Below, piece after piece: positions 27,411-36,813 of a DNA stretch of 64,000 nt. The translations under genes were made by a program, and so were the position numbers. Position 1 is the stretch's first letter; each line of letters starts with the position of its first letter. The stretch spans positions 2,240,001-2,304,000 of the forward strand of contig CBDCSU010000006.1 in assembly GCA_965221775.1 (NCBI GenBank). The letters run 5' to 3'. The notes under the pieces are model-generated. The model was not told the origin of the DNA. It was given only the letters and a program-made list of their open reading frames with translations, and searched no databases. This DNA comes from Candidatus Latescibacterota bacterium (lineage in GTDB: Bacteria > Latescibacterota > UBA2968 > UBA8231).

Positions 27411-29795
27411 TTACACGGCCTCCAGGAACTCGACGATCACGCCGGCCAGCTCCCGCGGCTTGTGCCAGCCGACGTCGTGGATGGTGTCGGGGATCCAGTG
27501 AACGCGCCCCTTGGGGATCGTCCGTTCCGCCAGGTCCATCATGCGCTCGCGCATGAGGCCGAAGTCGGTGGGGGCTTCCTCTGCCGGGGGGCGGGCGGCC
27601 ACCATCAGGGTCGGGCAGCTCAGGCGCGGCCAGGCGTCGGTGACGGGGTCGTCCCACATGGCACGGAGTATCTGCGCATGGTGCCCGGGCTGCAGGATGT
27701 CGTACGTCAGTCCGTCCCGGTCGTGGACCATGGTCTGCACGATGCGCTCGACCTCGCTGTTCCAGCAGACCGAGAGCTGGCCGCCGATGCGGGCCAGGAA
27801 CTCGGCCCGGGTACCCGACACGTCCCGCGGCCGGAACGTGTGCCTGAACTCCTCCCTGGTGGCGCCCGGCATCATCTTCGGGGCGACGAAGCCGCCGTCG
27901 ATCAGGACCAGCGCCCGCACTCGCTCCGGAAAGTGGACCGCCGCGGCGACGGCCACGTTGCCGCCCCAGGAGTGTCCGAAGAGGATGGCCTGCTCGAGGC
28001 CCAGCACGTCGAGCAGCCCCATGGCGTCAGCGGCGATCGAGGGCCCGTCGTAGCCCTCCGGGGCCTGGGTCGTGCGGCCGTGGCCGCGCTGGTCGGGCGC
28101 GATGATCCGGAAGCGCGCGCGGAGCTCGGGAGCGAGGAGGTCGTACCAGTGGGCGGAGGAGGCCAGGCCGTGAAGGGCCAGCACCGGTTGGCCGTCGCCG
28201 CCCCAGTCGAAGTAGCGCATTCTCAGGGACCTCACCTCCGCCCACTCTTCGCGGGGGCGGCGACTCGAGGTCTCGATCGGTTCGAAGGGATGGAGGTCGG
28301 GTTCGCAGGCGGTCGGAGCCTCTGGGCTTCCATCTGCCTCGGGCCTGGGGACCGCATCGGCGATGCCCTTGAGCATGTCCGAGAAGACGAGGCGGTGGAG
28401 CGGCCAGACGCCGTACCAGTAGGCCAGCCCGAGGAGCCCGACAGGGTCGAAGATCGCCGTCTGGCGAATGGTGGAGGAGCCTTCGACCTCGAACTCCAGC
28501 CACGCCCGTCCGGGCAGCTTCATCTCGGCCATCAGCCGCAGGCGGCGTCCCGGCTCGATCGCCTCCACCCGCCAGCAGTCGAGGGCATCGCCAACGGCGA
28601 GGGTTTCCGGGTGGCGCCGGCCGCGGCGCATGCCGACACCTCCGGCGGCCAGGTCCACCAGTCCGCGCAGCCTCCACAGCCAGTTGCCGTAGTACCAGCC
28701 GGTGCTTCCACCGATGCGCTCGACGGGCCCGAAGGCCGCGGCCGGCGGGCAGTCCACGCGCACGGTGCGGGAATCGACGAGGCGGCTCCCGAAACGTACC
28801 CCGCCCCAGTCGCGGAGGCCGCCGCTCGAAGCGAGGGCATCGGACCAGCGCGTCTCGGCGAAGTCGCGATCCTCGTTGCGGAGAGCGCCGGCGATCGCTT
28901 CGCCGACACCTTGGGGCTGGATGTGCGGGAAGGCGCGCCGCGCGGCGTCGCCGCGGACGACGGTCGGATGGCGGATGCTGTCGATGAGCTTGCGGCCGAC
29001 CCTGGCGTAGACGGGTGTCACCAGACCGAGCCAGAGGCTGGAGAGGCGAGGGGTCAGCAGCGGCACGGGGACCATCAGGCGGCGGAGTCGGCGCTGGCGG
29101 GCGTACTCCCGCATGAGGTCGCCGTACGAGACGCAGTCGGGGCCTCCGATCTCGAAGACCTCGTTGCCGTCCGTCTCCAGGTCGAGGGCGGCGGAGAGGT
29201 ACTGCAGCAGGTCCGTGATCGCTATGGGCTGGGCCGTGACCTTCACCCACTTCGGCGTCACCATGAGGGGGAGGCGTTCCACGAGGGAGCGGATCATCTC
29301 GAAGGAGAGACTCCCGGAGCCGATGACGACGGAAGCCCGGAACTCGAGGACCTGCACCCCCGACTCCCGGAGGACCTCGGCGACCTCGAGGCGGCTCCTG
29401 AGATGCGCGGAGAGCTCCTCGCTTCCATCGCCGAGTCCGCCGAGGTAGACGATGCGGCCCACGCCGGCACGGCTCGCTTCCTCAGCGAAATTGCGGGCGG
29501 CCCGGCGGTCCTGCTCCTCGAAGTCACCCCTCGAGCCCATGGAGTGCACCATGTAGAAGGCGGCGCGAACGCTCTCCATCGTTCCCTGCACGCTCTCGCG
29601 GTGGAGGAGGTCGCCCTCGACGATTTCGGTCGTCGCCGCGACGCGGCCCTCGAGGGCCCAGGGACGCCGGGACAGGCAGCGGACGCGTTGGCCCGCCGCT
29701 TCCAGCGCGCGCAGCAGCCGCCCGCCGACGTAGCCGGTGGCGCCGGTGAGGAGGACCGGCGAGTCCCGGTCCTCAGGGGCGGCGCTGGTAGGCAA
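27411..29795 (-). CDS. YbjT-like NAD(P)H-binding SDR/DUF2867 protein fused to an alpha/beta hydrolase
   Basis: TGATGYVG, YMVHSM, AEMKLPGRAWLEF, GLLGLAYWY; then HG, DQRGHG, GHSWGG, TIHD. Confidence 0.8.
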   Translation of the reverse strand: MPTSAAPEDRDSPVLLTGATGYVGGRLLRALEAAGQRVRCLSRRPWALEGRVAATTEIVEGDLLHRESVQGTMESVRAAFYMVHSMGSRGDFEEQDRRAARNFAEEASRAGVGRIVYLGGLGDGSEELSAHLRSRLEVAEVLRESGVQVLEFRASVVIGSGSLSFEMIRSLVERLPLMVTPKWVKVTAQPIAITDLLQYLSAALDLETDGNEVFEIGGPDCVSYGDLMREYARQRRLRRLMVPVPLLTPRLSSLWLGLVTPVYARVGRKLIDSIRHPTVVRGDAARRAFPHIQPQGVGEAIAGALRNEDRDFAETRWSDALASSGGLRDWGGVRFGSRLVDSRTVRVDCPPAAAFGPVERIGGSTGWYYGNWLWRLRGLVDLAAGGVGMRRGRRHPETLAVGDALDCWRVEAIEPGRRLRLMAEMKLPGRAWLEFEVEGSSTIRQTAIFDPVGLLGLAYWYGVWPLHRLVFSDMLKGIADAVPRPEADGSPEAPTACEPDLHPFEPIETSSRRPREEWAEVRSLRMRYFDWGGDGQPVLALHGLASSAHWYDLLAPELRARFRIIAPDQRGHGRTTQAPEGYDGPSIAADAMGLLDVLGLEQAILFGHSWGGNVAVAAAVHFPERVRALVLIDGGFVAPKMMPGATREEFRHTFRPRDVSGTRAEFLARIGGQLSVCWNSEVERIVQTMVHDRDGLTYDILQPGHHAQILRAMWDDPVTDAWPRLSCPTLMVAARPPAEEAPTDFGLMRERMMDLAERTIPKGRVHWIPDTIHDVGWHKPRELAGVIVEFLEAV

Positions 29796-30555
29796 TGGCG
29801 TAGAAGGCGCGGGTCCGGCCGCTGCGGTTGGGCTCGCTGCGGTGCCAGGTGTAGTTGGTGAAGAACAGGCCGTCTCCCGGCTTCGTGGCGACCAGCTTCT
29901 CGCGGGAGGAATCGACCTGATCCGGAGGGACCCGGTGGCGCATGAAGGGCTTGAACCCGTCGTCGTCCATGCGGCCCATGGGTGGATCGTCGTAGTAGGA
30001 CTCGTGGTCGACGAGGCGCCAGCCGCGGTGACTGGCAGGCATCACCGCCAGGGCGCTGGCCTCGGCGGCGACCTCCGTCAGGGGGATCCAGCAGTTGCAC
30101 CCCAGCTCGGGGGCGATCTTCCAGTAGAACGAGTCCTGGTGGAAGTAGCTGCGACCGCCCTGTTCCTCGGCGACGACGGCGTGCTTGACGCCGATCTGAT
30201 CGGTGTAGCGCTCCACCGGACCGTCGAGCAGGGCGGCCATGGCCGCCGCGAGCCTCGGATGGTCGGCGATCCGGGAGAAGACCTGTTCCTGGCTGGCCGG
30301 CTGCTGGATGCCGCCCGGCAGCGGGTCCCCCCCGGCCGACTCGTACCGTCGCGGGTCGAGGACCTGGAAGTGCCTCGACGGCCAGTCGGCCGGACCTCGG
30401 GCCAGCTCCATGGTGCGCCGGCGGGCGGCCTCGACCAGATCGGCGGGGATCAGGCCCTCGATCAGGCAGTAACCCTCCTCCCGGTACTGCCGCAGGTGGG
30501 CCGCCGTCGCGGCGCCGGTGTCGCGGCCCCCTGAAGAGGGCCTGTCGTTCTTCAT
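29773..30555 (-). CDS. phytanoyl-CoA dioxygenase (PhyH) family protein
   Basis: YREEGY, FHQD, MPASH, GDGLFF...WHRS..N..R. Confidence 0.88.
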   Translation of the reverse strand: MKNDRPSSGGRDTGAATAAHLRQYREEGYCLIEGLIPADLVEAARRRTMELARGPADWPSRHFQVLDPRRYESAGGDPLPGGIQQPASQEQVFSRIADHPRLAAAMAALLDGPVERYTDQIGVKHAVVAEEQGGRSYFHQDSFYWKIAPELGCNCWIPLTEVAAEASALAVMPASHRGWRLVDHESYYDDPPMGRMDDDGFKPFMRHRVPPDQVDSSREKLVATKPGDGLFFTNYTWHRSEPNRSGRTRAFYAIAYQRRP

Positions 30556-30556
30556 G

Positions 30557-31303
30557 TCAGCGGTACCTCGTCTTGCGGGCGACGACGATCATGCGGTCGC
30601 TGCCTCGATGAAAGGGTTCGCCGTTCAGGGAACCGAAGGCGGATTCCACCTCGAGTCCCGCCGCGGCGAGGAGTCCGCGCATCTGCGCCCGCGTGTAGAG
30701 GCGCTGGGAGGACCGGCTCTCCTCCGCCGGGATGCCGGCGATCACGCGCCGCCCCACGAGCCGCTCCCTCCGCGCGTCCCACCGAGACCGGTAGCGAACG
30801 CCGTGCTTGACGTCGAGGGGCCGGAAGTTGCGCAGGATCCGCTCGCGGTTCAGCTGGTCGATCAGGAGCCGTCCCCCCGGGCGCAAGGCGCGGGCGAAGC
30901 GCCGCACCAGGTCGGCGTTCTCGTCATCGGAAAAGTAACCGAAGCTGTTGAACCAGTTGCACACGGCATGGAACTCGTTCTCGAAGTCGATGGCCCGCAT
31001 GTCCAGGCACCGGAGATCGGCACGCACTCCCTCCCTTCGGAATCGCCGCCGGGCACGATCGACGAAGGTCCGTCGCAGGTCGATGCCGACGACCTTCACC
31101 CCGTGCCGCGCCAGGGGAAGGGCGACCCGTCCGGCGCCGCAAGGGGCGTCCAGGAGGTGCTGCCCCTTGCGGACCCGCAGCAGGCGGCGGAGGGAATCCG
31201 CCTCTTCTTCCCCGCCCTCGTCCGGGCGCAGCCACAGGTCTTCGTGCAGGGTCTGGAACCACTCCTGTCGTCGAGAAGGCCTGTCGCGGGAAGGAGTCGC
31301 CAT
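30557..31303 (-). CDS. class I SAM-dependent methyltransferase
   Basis: LLDAPCGAGR, DMR, NWFNSFGYF, LRPGGRLLID. Confidence 0.88.
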   Translation of the reverse strand: MATPSRDRPSRRQEWFQTLHEDLWLRPDEGGEEEADSLRRLLRVRKGQHLLDAPCGAGRVALPLARHGVKVVGIDLRRTFVDRARRRFRREGVRADLRCLDMRAIDFENEFHAVCNWFNSFGYFSDDENADLVRRFARALRPGGRLLIDQLNRERILRNFRPLDVKHGVRYRSRWDARRERLVGRRVIAGIPAEESRSSQRLYTRAQMRGLLAAAGLEVESAFGSLNGEPFHRGSDRMIVVARKTRYR

Positions 31304-31317
31304 GGCTCAGCGCGACG

Positions 31318-31875
31318 TCAGGATTCCCGATGAGGGTCCGATGGGATCTCCAGGTCTTCTCCGCAGGAGCCGCACCTCACTCGGATCTCAGTGAGGACCT
31401 TCGGCACGCGGTTCTCCGATCCGCAGCGGGGACATCTCACCAGGCGCGGCTGCAGGGGCTGCGCGAGGAACCCGGCCCGGGGCGTCCTGCCGAGTTGCAC
31501 GGGGAAGGCACTTGCGGCCACGTCCATGGCCTTCACGATCACGGTCAGTGGCGCCCGAAAGAACTCCTTACCCGGATTGACGCGATGGTCCTCCAGGGCC
31601 GAGTGGGTCCGGCCTTCCGCACGATTTCGATCCGAGACATGGACGAAGTAGACGAGCTTGAACTCCCCGTATACCGACGTCGAGGTGCTCAACTCGGATA
31701 CACGGGCATCCGGTGGCCTGGAGGACTGGCCGATCTTGTAGACGGGATCGACGAAGGAGCTGTTGCTGCAGGCATAGATCCAGCCCAGTCTCCGGTACTC
31801 CCGCCGCCTCTTGTCGAAGGAGGCGATCGCGGCATAGCTCAGCTGGATCGGATCGATGCCGGGGTGAGAGGTCAA
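31318..31875 (-). CDS. GIY-YIG (T5orf172/MUG113-like) nuclease-domain protein with C-terminal Cys4 zinc ribbon
   Basis: GWIY...YKIGQS.R.P..R..EL, E...H..L...RVN...EFF; CPRCG..NRVP...CGSCG; TTGA overlap with the upstream stop. Confidence 0.75.
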   Translation of the reverse strand: MTSHPGIDPIQLSYAAIASFDKRRREYRRLGWIYACSNSSFVDPVYKIGQSSRPPDARVSELSTSTSVYGEFKLVYFVHVSDRNRAEGRTHSALEDHRVNPGKEFFRAPLTVIVKAMDVAASAFPVQLGRTPRAGFLAQPLQPRLVRCPRCGSENRVPKVLTEIRVRCGSCGEDLEIPSDPHRES

Positions 31876-32636
31876 CACTTCCGTCCCGCGATGAGGAGTT
31901 TCCGGGGCAGTCCCTCGAGCGGGGCGTGTTCCCACGATTCCGGTCCATCGCCGACCTCGTCAAACTTGACCAGATCGGCTCCCTGCTCGATGACGGCGTT
32001 CAGGTACTGGGCGACGGTCCAGTGGAACTCGAACTGGCGGACCTCGCCCGAACCTTCCTGGCGCAGGTCCTCGGCGACGTCGTACTCGTGGGGACCGTTG
32101 TCATGGTAGCTGCACATGACCTCCAGCCGGTCCTCCCGGTCCTTCCAGATCCGCCGGAAGGGATGGTACTCGGTGATGAGGAAGAGGCCGCCGGGCCGCA
32201 GGATGCGGATCGCCTCGCGGTAGAAGCATCTCAGGTCCGAGACCCAGACGCCGACGTGGTCCGCCGTGTATGCGAGATCGAAGCGCCCGCTCTCCAGGCC
32301 ATGGAGATCGGTGACATCCGCCTCCACGAAGGCGACCTCCAGGCCCAGCTCGGCGGCGCGGTCCCGGGCGACGGCCAGTTGGCCGGAAGAGATGTCCACC
32401 GAGGTCACACGGGCGCCCATTCCGGCGAAGGCGAAGACGGCGAGGTTGTCGCCGCTGCCGAGGACGCAGACCTCCTGGTTCTCCAGGTCTCCGAGCAGGT
32501 CGAGTTCCTGCTCCAGAAAGACCTTCTCCGGCTGCCGGGGAGCGGTCCGCCAGAGGTCGCGCCGGTCCATCCTGGCCGCGTACTCGGGAGCTGCCAGGTT
32601 CCAGCGGTCCCTGTTGGCGCGGTGATATCGATTCAA
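31872..32636 (-). CDS. class I SAM-dependent methyltransferase
   Basis: NRDRWN, VLGSGD, VDIS, FDLAY, LRPGG, EYHP. Confidence 0.85.
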   Translation of the reverse strand: MNRYHRANRDRWNLAAPEYAARMDRRDLWRTAPRQPEKVFLEQELDLLGDLENQEVCVLGSGDNLAVFAFAGMGARVTSVDISSGQLAVARDRAAELGLEVAFVEADVTDLHGLESGRFDLAYTADHVGVWVSDLRCFYREAIRILRPGGLFLITEYHPFRRIWKDREDRLEVMCSYHDNGPHEYDVAEDLRQEGSGEVRQFEFHWTVAQYLNAVIEQGADLVKFDEVGDGPESWEHAPLEGLPRKLLIAGRKC

Positions 32637-32686
32637 AGGGGACTCGAACAGCGGGGGCTCGGCGCCGTCACGGCCCGGCGGGATCT

Positions 32687-35473
32687 CTACCGGGAAAAGG
32701 ACAGGCGCACGTACATGTAGCGGCCGAGGAAGTCGTAGGTGTTGGAGTCGGAGGTGCCGAGGAAGCCGTTGAAGATCACCGCGGGGGGCTCATCGAGCAG
32801 GTTGTTGATGCCGACGGTCAGCACCGTTTGCCCGAGGTTCGTGTTCAGCTTGCAGGAGCCGCGCAGATTGAAGGTGCTGTTGGCCTCGACCTCGCGGCTG
32901 ACCGGCTCGTCCACTTCGTCGCGGTAGAAGCCCTTGCAGTCGTCGTCCTCGCACTCCAGGAAGCCGCCCGTGTAGCGCCAGGCAAGGCCCACGGAGTACC
33001 CCGCCCTGGCCAGGGTCACGGAGGCGTTGTGCCGCCAGTCCGGGAACACCCCGAGGTCGTAGTAGCCCTTGCCCTGGACCAGTTCAGGACCATCGGGCGT
33101 GGGCAGGGTCGTGTCGTAGTTGAACAGGAGGTTGCTCTCCAGCTGCGTCGAGATGATGCCGAAGGGCAGGTCGGTCACGTGGCTGACGCCGAAATCGATG
33201 CCGCTGGTCTCGGTCTCGCCGATGTTGGTGGCGGTGGCCAGAACCCGACGGATCAGATGGTTGTCGTCGCGGATCACCTGGTCGCAGTGGGAGGGCGAGT
33301 CCTGGGAATAGCAGTTGCTCAGGATGAGGCCGGCCCCGAGGGCGCCGATCTCGTCCTCGATGGTGGCGGTGTAGTAGTCGGCGGTCAGGTCGAGGCCGTC
33401 CACGAACCCGGGCTGATAGACGATGCCCGCTGTGAGCATGTGGGCCTTTTCGGGATCGAGCTCGGTCGAGCCTCCCAACTTGGCCGCCAGCTGGGCCCTC
33501 GAGTCCTCGAAGTCGGCGGGGACGCCGTGGGCGGCGCAGTTGCGCTTCTGAAGATCGGTCAGCTCCCGGGCGTTGCCGGCTTCGTCCACCGTGCTGCAGG
33601 GATCGCTCACCAGGGGGAAGGAATCGGTGGAGCCGAGGAACATCTCGCCGATGCTGGGAGCGCGGAAAGCGTTCGACATGGTGGCCCGGAGGGCGATCCC
33701 GCCCGGGAGCTGGATATGGGAGCCGCCCTCATAGGTGAAGCCCGTGCCGAAGGTGTCGTAGTCGAAGGCGCGTGCGGCGGCGGTGAGATCGAGGCTCACC
33801 GGCTCTGCCTTGTAGACCGGCACCCGGGTCTCGATGTACGCGTCCCTGACCTCGTACGAGCCGTCGGTGGGCGCCTGCTTGCTGCCCGTCGTGTTCCCCG
33901 ACGCGGTCAGGGGATCGGGGATGTAGGCTCCCGCCTCCCGGCGCCAGGAGGCGCCGGCGGCCGCGGCCAGGGGGCCGGCGGGCAGGCGGGTCACGTCGCC
34001 GGTCAGGTTGTACTGCAGGATCTGCTGCCGCGAGTACCCCCTGGCTATGCCGGTGTACTGGATGTACTGGAGCATCTCCCGGGTGATGGTGCCGGCGCCG
34101 TGGAGGATGTCCAGCGGCACGCAATCGTCGGTGCAGTCCTCGTCCGGACCGAGGGCCCTGGCCAGGTTGCTGCGGATGAAACGGCCCTCGTTGACGTTGG
34201 TGCCCTCCGTGCGTCCGTAGGAGAAGGAGAGGTCTCCCTCGTAGCCCATGAGCTTGTGGCCAAAGCCCAGGACCAGGCGGTAGGTATCGATGTCCTGGAG
34301 GTAGTTGCGGTTGCTGGCCTCGACGAAGCGCCGGCGCACGTCGATGAAGTCGCGGCCGAACTCGTTGTAGCGGTTGGCGGCCGACACCGATATGTCCTCG
34401 AAGTGGATGAACAGGGGCGTGGGGGCCAGCTTCTGGTCCGACTGGCGGTTGGTGTAGAGCATCTCGAAGTAGGCCGTCATGCCGCGGCCCACGCTCCGAG
34501 AGCCGCCGAGGAAGGAGCTGTAGCGGGTCTGCGGAGTGTAGAGGTAGTTTTCGGGCTGGTAGTTGTAGAGATCGCCGCTGCCGTCGGAGGAGATCCCTTG
34601 CGGGTTGAAGGGGCGCCAGCCGGTCTCCGGATCGAGGTGGTAGGCCCCGGCGTCGTCGGTGGCCGCCACGAGGGCCTGCCAGGCTTCGTTGCCCACCTCG
34701 TCGAGGCGGTCGATGATGTGGCCTTCCGGCGTGGCCGAGCTGCCGTTCTTGTTGTACGTGCCGTCGTTGAGGCTCCAGTTGTAGGCCTTGTCGGTCTCGC
34801 TGAAGCTGCGGCGGCCGGTCCACACCGGCTCGCGGTTGTGGTAGCTCGCCGAGAACAGGATGTGGCCCTTGTCGCTCTGCACGCCGTAGCTCACGGAGAC
34901 GTCCCGGGCCTCCCCGTCGCCGGCGCCGGAGATCCCCTCGTAGAGATCGACCTCGAGCCCCTCCAAGGCGGAGCGGGTGATGATGTTCACCACGCCGCCC
35001 ACGGCGTCCGACCCGTACACCGCCGAGGCCCCGTCCTTGAGGACTTCGACGCGGTCGATGACGGAGGCGGGGATGGAGTTCAGGTCGACGGAGCCGTTGG
35101 CCCCGGTCCCTCCGGCCACGAAGCGCCGGCCGTTGAGCAGCACCAAGGTGCGCTGGGTGCCCAGGCCTCGCAGGCTGATGCGGGTGGAGCCGTCGCCGCC
35201 GTTGTTGGCCTGCGTGTTGATGGCGTTGGACTGCACGGTGAGGGTCTGCAGCACGTCACCGATGGAAGCCAGGCCACGGGCCCGGATCTCCTCCGTGGAC
35301 ATGACCACCATCGGCGCCGGTGACAGGCTCTCCTCGCTCTTGATGCGCGAGCCCGTCACCGTGACCTCCTCGAGCTGGTAGATCTTCCGCTCTTCGGCTT
35401 CCTCCTGGGCGAGGGCCCCCACGGACAGGACGCCGCCGGCGAGTGCTGCAAGGACTGCATGCCTGGTGCCCAT
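32687..35473 (-). CDS. TonB-dependent receptor
   Basis: Signal peptide; EEVTVTGSRI, LRGLG..RTLVLLNGRR, RVEVLKDGASAVYGSDAVGGVVNIIT; C-terminal YDFLGRYMY. Confidence 0.93.
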   Translation of the reverse strand: MGTRHAVLAALAGGVLSVGALAQEEAEERKIYQLEEVTVTGSRIKSEESLSPAPMVVMSTEEIRARGLASIGDVLQTLTVQSNAINTQANNGGDGSTRISLRGLGTQRTLVLLNGRRFVAGGTGANGSVDLNSIPASVIDRVEVLKDGASAVYGSDAVGGVVNIITRSALEGLEVDLYEGISGAGDGEARDVSVSYGVQSDKGHILFSASYHNREPVWTGRRSFSETDKAYNWSLNDGTYNKNGSSATPEGHIIDRLDEVGNEAWQALVAATDDAGAYHLDPETGWRPFNPQGISSDGSGDLYNYQPENYLYTPQTRYSSFLGGSRSVGRGMTAYFEMLYTNRQSDQKLAPTPLFIHFEDISVSAANRYNEFGRDFIDVRRRFVEASNRNYLQDIDTYRLVLGFGHKLMGYEGDLSFSYGRTEGTNVNEGRFIRSNLARALGPDEDCTDDCVPLDILHGAGTITREMLQYIQYTGIARGYSRQQILQYNLTGDVTRLPAGPLAAAAGASWRREAGAYIPDPLTASGNTTGSKQAPTDGSYEVRDAYIETRVPVYKAEPVSLDLTAAARAFDYDTFGTGFTYEGGSHIQLPGGIALRATMSNAFRAPSIGEMFLGSTDSFPLVSDPCSTVDEAGNARELTDLQKRNCAAHGVPADFEDSRAQLAAKLGGSTELDPEKAHMLTAGIVYQPGFVDGLDLTADYYTATIEDEIGALGAGLILSNCYSQDSPSHCDQVIRDDNHLIRRVLATATNIGETETSGIDFGVSHVTDLPFGIISTQLESNLLFNYDTTLPTPDGPELVQGKGYYDLGVFPDWRHNASVTLARAGYSVGLAWRYTGGFLECEDDDCKGFYRDEVDEPVSREVEANSTFNLRGSCKLNTNLGQTVLTVGINNLLDEPPAVIFNGFLGTSDSNTYDFLGRYMYVRLSFSR

Positions 35474-35596
35474 GGTCCGTCCCTTCCCTGGGGCCGCGGT
35501 ATCTCGGCGCGCGCGGACGAGCCACATAGAGTGCAAACCCCGACCGACGGTCAAGATCCGTGCGACGGCCGAAATGAGTGGGGTCCGGCCCTTCCC

Positions 35597-36265
35597 TCAG
35601 CCCTGCCGCCTCCTCATTTCCGCCACCGTGAAGTCGGGGGAGCTGTAGAAGGCGTGGATGCCGGCCTCCATGTCGCGGACCTCGGCGGCGACCTTGGCGA
35701 CCTGCTCCGCGTCCTTCACCGGAATGCGCACGCAACCATCGAGATCGGCCAACAGCAGGTCACCGGCCTGGATCCGCAGCTGTCCGGCGGTGACCGAGCC
35801 CCCGCAGCGTACCAGGTGGAAGACGCCGTGGCCGGGGACCGCGCCCCAGGCCCACACGGGAAGTCCGAAGCGCCGGATCCCGGGCAGGTCGCGGGCGGTG
35901 CCGTCGACGATGGCGCCGGTCACGCCCAGCCGCTTGTGGAGGGCGGCCATGCCGTCGCCGATGCAGGCTCCCCGGCCCGGCCGCGAGTCCACGTCCTGAA
36001 TGACCGCGACCATCGGTCCGTCGAAAGCCTCCAGGCCCTCGTAGTAGTCGGTCCAGGGGATCTGCGGCGAGTCGGGATCGTTGGTCGTGACCTCGGCGGT
36101 GACGGCGTAGCCCACCGCCGGACCCAGGTCCGGGAGCAGGCAGCGGATGGTGTGGTCGGTGTACTCCTCGTTCGGCAGGCCGGTGATCTCTGCAAGGGCG
36201 TTGAAGAGGGTGGGGGAGTCGAACCGGCTCAGGGCCTCGACGACTGCGGGGTCGGTGCGGGTCAT
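35597..36265 (-). CDS. RraA family protein (HMG aldolase-like)
   Basis: GYAVTA, IGDGMA, GAIVDGTARD, GDLLLADLDG. Confidence 0.85.
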   Translation of the reverse strand: MTRTDPAVVEALSRFDSPTLFNALAEITGLPNEEYTDHTIRCLLPDLGPAVGYAVTAEVTTNDPDSPQIPWTDYYEGLEAFDGPMVAVIQDVDSRPGRGACIGDGMAALHKRLGVTGAIVDGTARDLPGIRRFGLPVWAWGAVPGHGVFHLVRCGGSVTAGQLRIQAGDLLLADLDGCVRIPVKDAEQVAKVAAEVRDMEAGIHAFYSSPDFTVAEMRRRQG

Positions 36266-36288
36266 GGCATCTCTCTCGCCGTTGGGAT

Positions 36289-36813
36289 TCACAGCACCAG
36301 CTCGACCAGGCTCAGGCTCTTCCTGTCGAGCTCGCGGAGGTCGGGAATCTCGAAACGATTGCCGTCCACGTCGACCAGCAGCAAGCGGTGCTCTCCCATC
36401 CACTGGGCGCTCTCGGCGGCGTTCTGGACGACGAACTCGCGCCGGCCGCGGTTGGTCTCCACGTCCCAGTAGGAGGTGCCGAACTCGTTGCGCATGGACA
36501 GCACCCGCTGCACCGCGGAGGTCAGGTAGCGCCGGTCGAGCTCCGCCTCGACGATGGCGCGCATCTCCCCGTCGAGCTCCTTGAGGTCGGGGATCATGCA
36601 GACCTCCTCGTCCTTCTCGTCGAGGAGGGAGATGTAGCGGGCCGGATGGGACAGGGGCGCCGCGCGCACGACCTTGACGCGGGTGTAGGACCGGTCGCCG
36701 TCGATGGTGAGCCGCAGCATCCACGGCGGCTCGCGGAAGAGCCGCACCCGGGAGATGTCGACCTCCTCCGGGTGGGTCACCGTGATCGGCGCCGGCTGGT
36801 GCCCGGCCGTCAT
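36289..36813 (-). CDS. DUF1854 domain protein
   Basis: VRAAPLSHP..YISL, AELDRRYL, YWDVETNRG.R.F, DVDGNRFEI. Confidence 0.85.
   Translation of the reverse strand: MTAGHQPAPITVTHPEEVDISRVRLFREPPWMLRLTIDGDRSYTRVKVVRAAPLSHPARYISLLDEKDEEVCMIPDLKELDGEMRAIVEAELDRRYLTSAVQRVLSMRNEFGTSYWDVETNRGRREFVVQNAAESAQWMGEHRLLLVDVDGNRFEIPDLRELDRKSLSLVELVL

Noticed and set aside
25935-29861. Very long alternative ORFs (e.g. 25935-29861 +, 61057-63849 +, 32828-35323 +, 160-1686 -)
   Set aside because: Antisense or off-frame shadows of motif-bearing genes, expected in high-GC DNA with few stop codons; low-complexity Arg/Gly/Pro composition
30557-32636. Restriction-modification system
   Set aside because: Both methyltransferases are small-molecule class I type without DNA-MTase catalytic motifs
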